Positions 54,750 to 64,000 of a DNA stretch of 64,000 nucleotides are shown here, piece by piece. Made by a program: the position numbers and the translations under genes. The stretch is taken from NCBI GenBank assembly GCA_951406725.2, contig OX597816.1, positions 87,358,001 through 87,422,000 of the forward strand, read 5' to 3'. Position 1 is the first letter of the stretch. Every line of letters begins with the position of its first letter. The notes beneath the pieces were generated by a model that worked only from the letters and a program-made list of their open reading frames with translations, ran no database searches and was not told the origin of the DNA. Origin of the DNA: Octopus vulgaris. Taxonomy: Eukaryota.

Positions 54750-55424
54750 TAAGCTTACTTATAGTTCCGGGTTTAGTCCCACTGCACGGCACCTTGACCA
54801 AGTGTCTTCTACTATAGCCTTGGGATGGCCAGGGCCACGTGACGCAAACAGAAAGAAGTCTGTCTTATATATATATATATGTGTTTGATTGTTTTTGTCC
54901 CCTACCCCCATTGCTTGGCAACTGATGTTGGTGTGTTTACATCCCTGTAAAATAAAAGTTTGGTAGAAGTGAGTGATAGAAGAAGCACCAGGCTTACAAA
55001 GAATAAGTCCAGGGGTCAAGTTCTTCAACTAAAAGGCAGTGCTCCAGCATAGCCATACTCAAATGACTGAAACAAGTAAGATAGTAAAACAGTTAGATAT
55101 TCTTTTATTCTTTTATTTGCTTCAGTCATTTCATTGTAGCCATGCTGGAGCACTGCTTTTAGTCAAGCAAATAAACCCCAGGACTTATCCTTTGTAAGCC
55201 TAATACTTATCCTATTGGTCTCCCTTGCCGAACTGCTAAGTGACAGGGCCGAAAACACACCAGCATTAGTTGTTAAGCGATGTTGGCTTTGGTCAGCCCG
55301 AGCGTATAGTAGAAGACACTTGCCAAGGTGCCACGCAGTGGGGCTGAACCCAGAACCATGTGGTTGGTAAGTCACTGCTGCGCCTATATATATATATGAA
55401 TATATATATATATGTGTGTATCCA

Positions 55425-55465
<41 letters not shown>

Positions 55466-55780
55466 ATATATATGTGTATATATATATAATTATATATATA
55501 TATATATGTGTGTGTATATATATATGTATATACATATATTATAGCCTCAGGGTGACCAAAGCCTTATGTGTGGATTTTGTACACAGAAAGTGAAAGAAGA
55601 CTGTTGTATATATACATAGGCGCAGGAGTGGCTGTGTGGTAAGTAGCTTGCTTACCAACCACATGATTCTGGGTTCATTCCCACTGTGTGGCACTTTGGG
55701 CAAGTGTCTTCTACTATGGCTTCGGGCCAACCAAAGCCTTGTGAGTGGATTTGATAGACAGAAACTGAAAGAAGCCTGTC

Positions 55781-55824
<44 letters not shown>

Positions 55825-56240
55825 GTATGTGTGTGTATATGTTTGTGTGCCTGTCTTTGTCCAGCAACATCGCTTGACAACCAATGGTGGTGTGTTTACG
55901 TACCCGTAAATTAGCGGTTCGGCAAAAGTGACCGATAGACTAAGTACAAGCCTTACAAAGAATAAGTCCTGGGGTCGATTTGCTCGACTAAAGGCGGTGC
56001 TCCAGCATAGACACAGCCAAATGACTGAAACAAGTAAATGAGTCAAGAGTATATTTTTGTGTGTGTGTGTCCATGTTTGTACCCCACCATCGCTTGAAAA
56101 CTGATGCTGCTGTGTTTGTATTGCTTTAACTTAGCAGCTTAGCAAATGACACTGACAGAATAAGTACTAGGCTTACAAAGATTAAATACTGTGTTTGATT
56201 TGTTCTACTAAATGCGGTGCTTCAGCATGGCTGCAGTCAT
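54750..56240. mobile_element. Cluster of family B SINEs in alternating orientation (54750-55085 +, 55098-55385 -, 55540-55610 +, 55618-56050 +, 56060-56240 +)
   Basis: Family B head, CORE and tail motifs. Confidence 0.82.
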
Positions 56241-56244
56241 ATTT

Positions 56245-56288
56245 ATAATTATATATATAAACACATATATACATGTATATCCATTCAT

Positions 56289-56342
<54 letters not shown>

Positions 56343-56558
56343 CATACCTTGAAGGGTTGTAGTGTAATAAATTGATCCTAGTATATATATATATATATAT
56401 ATATGCACATACAAAAAGTCATAGATATATATATATATATATATGCAGTTTCCATATCTACCTAATATATATATATATATATATATATGGGCTAAACCTG
56501 GAACAATACCTTACTACAATATATATATATATATATGTATTAAATACATACACATACC

Positions 56559-56590
<32 letters not shown>

Positions 56591-56673
56591 ATATATATAT
56601 ATATATATATACCAAATATATATATATATATATATATACACATACCATATATATATATATATATATGCACATA

Positions 56674-56722
<49 letters not shown>

Positions 56723-56908
56723 CATATATATATATATACACACACATATATATATATACACACACATATATATATACATACATATATATATATACACATA
56801 TATATATATATACACATATATATACACACATATATATACATATATATACATATATATATATACATACATATATATATATATACATATACATAAAAATATG
56901 TATGTATG

Positions 56909-56953
<45 letters not shown>

Positions 56954-57300
56954 ATATATAAATAAATATATAGTGATCCCTCACCATATTGTGTGTCACC
57001 TATCACAGTTAATTATCATAGTGTTGTTTCGCATGTGTAATAAAATAAATTTTTACAAATTATAAGAAGAATAAAAAATATTCTTTGCGAATTTTTATAT
57101 ACATGTATATATACAATAATATATATGTGTGTGTGTATATGTATACATACATAAATATAATATATATATATATATACATACATGCACATACCATATATAT
57201 ATATACATAAACATACCATATATATATATATATATATATGTGTGTGTATATATATATATATACATACACATACAATATATGTATATGTGTATATATATAA
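56245..57300. repeat. Complex (TA)n/(CA)n array with recurrent CATACCATATAT motif
   Basis: Seen directly. Confidence 0.9.
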
Positions 57301-57339
57301 ATGCAAAAACAAAAAATTCTTATATTATTTTATTTGTTT

Positions 57340-57464
57340 CTGTCATTTGTCACTCACAAGGCTTGGTCGGCCAGAGGCTATAGTACAAGAAACTTGCCCA
57401 AGGTGCCATGCAGTGGGAGTGAACCTGGAACCATGTGGCTGGTAAGTACCACGCAGCCACTCCC

Positions 57465-57508
<44 letters not shown>

Positions 57509-57955
57509 ATATATATATATGCATATATATATATGTGTGTGTGTTTGTGTGTATATTTTTAATTTAATCATTAAACTGCAACCATGCTGGAGTACCACTC
57601 TGAGGAAATTTTAGTGGAATGAATTGACACCAGTATTTATTTTGATTTTCTTTTTTTAAAGCCTGGTACCTATTCTATCGAAACCTTTTGCCGAACAGCA
57701 GCGTTGTGGAGACGTAAACAGACCAACACCGTTTGTCAACCGGTGGTGAGGGAGAAATGCATAGACAGGCCGGTAGGCACACACACACACACATACACGA
57801 CGGGCTTCTTTCGGTTTCCGTCCACCCAATCCTCTCATAAGGCGTTGGTCGGCCCGAGGCTATACAAGACACGTCAGGTATCACGCAGCAGGAATGAACC
57901 CGAAACCAGGTAGTTGGGAAGCAAACTTTTTACTACACAACCACGCCTGCGCCTA
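57340..57955 (-). mobile_element. Two family B SINEs (57340-57465, 57565-57955)
   Basis: Family B motifs on the - strand. Confidence 0.75.
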
Positions 57956-57981
57956 CACACACACGTGTATATACATAAAAC

Positions 57982-58035
<54 letters not shown>

Positions 58036-59079
58036 GCGCATATATATGCATGCATACGTTCATATATATGTACACACATGCATACACACAGACATATTCA
58101 TATACACACATACGTTTATATAAACGCAAATATACACACACTGAGACATGTGTTTGTGTGTATATGTTTGTTTTCATGTGTATATGAAAACATAAAAAAA
58201 GTTCTCTAGCAATATAATGCAACCTTAAGCATCTATAGACAGAAACAAATTTTCTGCTACGCGTTATATATATTGCTAACGTCTTTTATCCGCTAACTAT
58301 ATACACACAAATTGTTTAGCAGACACTCAAACTTGGGGTTAAGCGGAACAAAAGAATGAGGTTAGAGAGAGAGAGCCTTTAAGATTTCCAGTTGTCTGAC
58401 ACAGGTACAGAGATTCACAGCTAATGGAAGACAAGATGATGGAGAGAGAGAGAGAGAATGAAGGAAAGAGGAGTGTGTGTACGTGTGTAAGAGTGTATAC
58501 TTTCATAGGATTAATTTAACATTTACAAGCACACACATATCTGCGTACTTATATACAAACACACATTCTCTCTCAAACACACACCGTCACACACATATCG
58601 CTTCCCCTCATATAGACACGCCTCGCCCCTTCGACTTCTTCATAGAGTTATAAGGACGCCATCGTGACCAATGGCGTATATTAGGTATTTTTAAGGCTCG
58701 GTGGATCCCCGTCCCTTTCCAGGGCTGACAAAAGTTGATTTTAGAGAGAGAGAGAGAGAGAGAACTTAGTACAAGACAGGCACTTTATCTATTCCGAAAA
58801 TATGAAAATAAAGTTGACCGACCTCAGCGAGACTTGAACTCAGCGCTCACAGAGCCGGAACGATTATCGCAACGAAAACTATCCAGCAGTCTAACAACTC
58901 CGCCTCTCTCTCCCTCTCCCTCACACACATCAGTATTATAGAGATGCAGACTCAAACAAACGCATATATGGGCAACATACTACACACTAATATACATATA
59001 TGCAAATAGAGAAATACGCGCGTGCACACACACAAACTTATAAATGCTGTATAGTTATGGAAAGAGTAAGGCATATGAA

Positions 59080-60180
59080 GGCAAGTCAAAAAGACTTAAG
59101 ACAGAGTAGAAGAAACAGGGAGGAAAAGATTAAGAACTAGGAGAGAAGAAAGAAAAGTCCTGCATAGCAAGAGAAGAAAGTAACCGAAAAGAGGCTAGAT
59201 AGAAAGAGTAAAGAACCAGAGGAGGAGAAAGAGAGGGTTTGTGAGGCATGTGAGAAAGTATAGTAAAACGTGATACAAAGAAAAAGAGTAAAAGTGAAGG
59301 TATTAGGTAAAAACTGAGAAAAGGCTCGAGGTATAAGAGGGAAAGTAGTAGGAAACGATTTATAGACTAAGAATAGAATAGAATGAAGTGTGGAGACGAA
59401 GGAAGAGGGGTTTAGATAGGTAGAAGGGAGAGAAATGGAGGTGTAAAAATTAAAGAAAAAGTAGAGTAGAGAGAAAAAGAGGAGGTTGTGAAAAAAGAAA
59501 TTCCAAGAAGGAAAAAAAAAGAGGTTAAGAACGAGATAGAAGAGACGTGGGTATTAGAGAGCGCTGTCCAGAATATTGTGAGGAGTGAAAATATACTGAA
59601 AGAGAAAGACAGGGAAGAAATAGAGAGAAGCGAAGACGAAGGAAACAGAGCATAGCGAGAGTAAAGCAAATTAGTGAGGTGAAAAAGAAAGGATAGGACT
59701 GGGGAAATGAGATGAAGTGTGAGGAGAGAAGAGAAAGACGAAGAAATTCAAGAGGAACGAAGGAAAGTAAGGTAAATTGGTATAGAAAGAGAAAGCTTGG
59801 CTAAGTAATGGAAGTGTATGAGGAGAAAGAGAAATATAATGTCTGTGTGTGAGCTGGAGTGAGAAAAACGGAGAAAAAGAAAGAGTAAATGATAAGCGAG
59901 GGTAATACAAAGGATAGAGTAATACAATAGCGAATGAGAAAGTAACTGCAATTAACGGAGTGAGTAAGAGAAGAAGAGAGGAAGAGAGAGAGGGAAAGAA
60001 TAAAGTAAAGCGAAGACGAAGAGAACGATGGAGTAAGTGGTGTATTGGAGTAAGACGAACACGCAGTGAGGTAGATAGAGAGATGTAATAATAAGAGGGA
60101 TAGAGTGAGTGAGATAGTTCGAAAGCAGAGAGTAACAGAGAAAAAGAAAGCAAAGCAAAGTGAGAGAGTGTAACAAGCCG
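59080..60180 (+). other. ~1.1-kb non-tandem purine-rich tract upstream of the gene
   Basis: The + strand is overwhelmingly A/G with no fixed repeat unit. Confidence 0.8.
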
Positions 60181-62601
60181 ACAGTCAGTCAAACAGAAAG
60201 ACAGACAGGCAGCCTGGCTGACAAGATTCCACATTTCCACGTTAAGTGATACATACAAACATATATATATATTTGTATATATATATATATTTATATATTT
60301 ATATGAAGAGAGAGGGAGGGAGAGAGAAGGGGTGCGCATACACACGCATACATAAGTGTAAGTAAATTACTTGTATGCATATATACACTATACATATATA
60401 TACACTTGTTACTACAACCGCCTTCCACTGACGCACACGCACACACACATACAGAGAGGGAGAGTCTCATACGCATGCAATTATAACTCTTTCCCCTCTC
60501 TCTCTCTCTCTCTCTCAAGCTCTCAGCTCCTCCCCCCCACCTTCTCACAAACATATTTCTCGGCAATGAACAAACACAAGCGGAAGGTGTTTCGATCTAA
60601 GCATTGTGCTCTAAGTTTCACTATGGACACTACAACTACAACACCAGCAGCTCAACAACCACCGCCACTACCACTACTACCACCACCATCAACAACAACA
60701 ACAACAACAAACGGTCAAAAGTGGATTACACTCCAGTCATGGTTTCTCCGGCATTAGAAGAAGAAGACGAGGACGAAACTCCCTGAACAACAACAACAAC
60801 AATAATATTAACAAATCAACAACATTCACCATACTACCACAAGCAATATAAACAAAACATATCTTTGATGTATAATATATATTAGATATTATATATATAT
60901 ATATATATATATATCTGTCTATATATTTAGATAGATAGTTATATATATATATATTTATAGATAGATTTTATTTGTGCTTTCTGTATAATTTTTATAGCAT
61001 CCTTTTCTCTTTTTTCCATTCTTTGTATTTTAGTGATGTTATAGGTATAGTTAGCCTTTCTATACATACACACACATATATATATATATATATATTTATA
61101 TATAAATATTATTTTATTTTAATCTATCGTTTAGTTTCGTATACATATCTATCAATCTATCTATCTATATATATATCGTTGAGTTTATATATATGTATCT
61201 CCTTTGAGTCAGTATCTAACTAGTATCTTGATATCATATCTCTAAATCCTTATCTACCATCAATTACAAACTCTTTTATCTTCCATCGAAGAAAATTGTT
61301 GAAGTGATAGAGAAAGAGTGAGAGAAACTGTTGTTGATGTTTTAATTGTTTATTTTCCAGAGTCAGTGGATTTGTTTATGTCGCGTGTGCATGTGTGTAT
61401 GCATGCGTGTGTGTTCTGATCAACATAGTGTAGTTTATATTTTGTGATAGTATAGTGTAGATAAGCGAGTGTAGAGGTTATATTTCCCCACTCCGCACAG
61501 TTAAACCATCTTCCTCGACTTTTTTTATTAATTACAAATAACACATGTATATCTGTATATCAACATATCAACCTGTACATGTCGATATGTATATAGACCA
61601 TATATATCTATTTGACAAACTTTAACTATGTAAACTACAGTTAAACAAAACGAACTAAACAATTATTAGAAAAGAAAGAAAAAGAAGACAAACCATCCTA
61701 CCGAAACAAACCTAAACTTGTAACGATAACAATTGTTGCACACCCCTACCTTACCGATATCAAATACCCAAAACACTAACAGAATCACATTGCAAAAGTT
61801 CATTTATATTTGTTGTGAGTTTTAAGTATGTATATACGTATATAAAAATTCTATATATATATATATATATTTAAAACTCACACATATTTAAAATTATATA
61901 TAAATACATAACGTATATACCTGCATATAAGTTAGTTGAAATAAGATTTGTTATTAAAGTGATATTTCCACTTTATATATATATATATATAAAGGTACAT
62001 ACAAACAGCAAATTAACGGAAAAAAAAGAGGGATTTATTTTTAGGGAGAAATCACACACACACACACACACAAGACACAGATAAGCAAAAGGTCAGATCT
62101 TAAAACAAAAGCAGGAAAAATCAATTATTAACCACCAATATAAATTACCACCACCACTAACCCACAACAACAATTCTTGGAAATATTTATTAATTTGTTT
62201 TTTTTATTCCCATTTCGTCTTCCTTTAAAACAAAATATTAAAAAAAGAAAGTATTTATTTCTGATCAGTTGTGAATTTTCTTTTCTATTTAAATTTTAAC
62301 AGTTGAAAATTAGAAGAAAAATAGTAAGCATAACTTGATAATAATGCTTATAAATATATCTTAAATTACCCCAAACCAAATTAAAAATATATATATATAT
62401 ATTAAAACCCTCCCCTACTCTTCATCCCTATCCATTACAATAATCACCTGAAAATATAAATAAAATTTATATATATATATATTTATACATATATAAATAT
62501 ATATATACAAATTCAAATACACACATACACATATATATATATATTAATTGCAAAGTGAGAGAAAAACCAAGGAAAACCTTGCGGATTTTCTTTTGCCAGC
62601 T

Positions 62602-62749
62602 ATGGAAAGCTGGTGTCAGCGAACATTAACATTGGGGAAGTACACTGTTACCATTTTTCTTGGATTTTTCTGCACACTACTGGTGGAACCAATTCGCTGT
62701 GTGGACGAGCGGTTTTTGTGGAAACCAAACTCGGAAGTTGTAATACAAG
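62602..62749 (+). CDS. First coding exon of a secreted or cell-surface protein, probably Ig-superfamily (signal peptide plus start of an I-set domain; nephrin/kirre/PTK7-like architecture); gene continues beyond the window
   Basis: Seen: ATG at 62602 gives MESWCQRTLTLGKYTVTIFLGFFCTLLVEPIRC-VDERFLWKPNSEVVIQ(G), non-repetitive, ending at a strong donor CAAG|GTAAG (phase 1). Hydrophobic core VTIFLGFFCTLLV fits a signal peptide. FLWKPNSEVVIQG fits the I-set pattern FxxxPxxxxVxxG. A possible acceptor TTTTCTTTTGCCAG ends at 62599. Family assignment is inference. Confidence 0.72.
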
Positions 62750-64000
62750 GTAAGAAAAAAAAAACGAAAAAACTTTTAAAAGAATTTTTTTTTTTTTTTT
62801 GAAAGAAAGTATTGTACATGATGCATAGATGACAAATCTCTTTCAAAGGGGGATTGATCCTTAATAGCTCATATTCCCGTTTATATTTATTTATTCATCT
62901 ACCAACCCATCACTTTCATCTGTCTGTCTATCATCTATCTGGCTAGCTAGCTAGTTAGCCATCTATGTAGCTATATAGCTGTCTGCTTGTCCGTCTATCT
63001 CATCTGTCCGTCAATTTCTCCATCTGTTAATCTACCTGGGAATTTTTCTGTCAAAATTTGTTCCTACCTCCCTTTTTCTCTCCAATGGTATATTTGTGCG
63101 CGTCTGTGCGTTTATATATATATATATATATATATATAGCTGTTGTGTGTGTATCTTTTCGTTTGTTGAACCCTTTTGATCAGTAGTTATTTGCTTAGTC
63201 CCAAGTTTGGTTCTGATTAAGGAAACTTTTTCATCTTAAGATATACTATATTTCAGACAGCATTCATTTAATCGGTTTTAAGACGGTAGGGGTCGATTTG
63301 ACGAATATTTGGCTGCTATCTCTTGCAGGGCAAACATTTTATTCATTGAAAATGCCTCGCGGGTGTTCGTAAATTTTAAGGCATTCTCTCATAATTTTGA
63401 CAATGTGTCTATTTTGTAGACTTGTCAAGACTATATCCATACATGCTGATTATATTGCTAGCAAGACAGATATTTGATTGTATGCTTGTGTGTACACACA
63501 CACACGTGTACCTGTGTGAGTGTATATATATATATATATATATATGGATTTATATATGCACACACGTGTATGTATGTGTGTAAATATATATGTATATATA
63601 CACACAAATACAGGTGTATGTGTGTGTATTTAGCAATCTCTTCTATTTTGGACTTTTTAACCGTGTTTCCTCGTCACTAAACGTCTATTTAATGTGCTCG
63701 TGCGCGCGTTTATGTGTGTGTGTATACAACTGTGTGTGCGTATGTGTGTATTCATATTATATATACTCTTGTGTATATGTGGATGTATAAGAACTAGCTG
63801 TTATTCTATGAATTCAAGTGCACCCTCCACTTTCTCTCTTTCTCTCTCATGCATACACTCACACACATCTACATATTCCAAAACGTGCAACACACGCGAG
63901 TACGCAGATAATAAAACCCGATTAAACAATCACAAACACACACTAATATTAAATGTTGTATGTGTACAAGTTATGCTGTGTACGTCTGCATGCATTTATT

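Noticed and set aside
58620-58735. GC-richer patch with CCAAT inside a hairpin (promoter or ncRNA candidate)
   Set aside because: The motifs are too short to support, and I recognise no RNA family here.
59412-60345. Hydrophobic S/L/F-rich ORFs resembling membrane proteins
   Set aside because: An artefact of the pyrimidine-rich minus strand of the purine tract.

Overview
Eukaryotic, AT-rich, microsatellite-saturated genomic DNA. The SINE and LINE families resemble those I recall from Octopus (coleoid cephalopod), but this is inference, not a database result. About 60 kb is intergenic or UTR sequence made of nested transposon debris: several tRNA-derived SINE families, Tx1/L1-like, RTE, CR1-like, R4/Dong-like and Hero/R2-like LINE fragments, Penelope-like pseudo-LTR fragments, Helitrons, a Helentron/HINE, mariner elements (one near full-length) and hAT-Charlie relics. 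The only credible host coding sequence is one + strand exon at 62602-62749, encoding a signal peptide and the start of a probable Ig I-set domain and ending in a GT donor. Almost all long ORFs in the supplied track are translated microsatellites. The most notable observations are: an intact minimal type-I hammerhead ribozyme (6772-6846, - strand) with several degenerate relatives in Penelope-like repeats; repeated local inverted pairs; a 1.15-kb (TA)n array bracketed by a unique inverted repeat; SINE module shuffling; and a SINE/LINE 3' tail pair that keeps a hairpin with different sequence. I found no CRISPR array, rRNA, true tRNA or clearly new multi-gene system. Repeat boundaries are approximate (read by eye).
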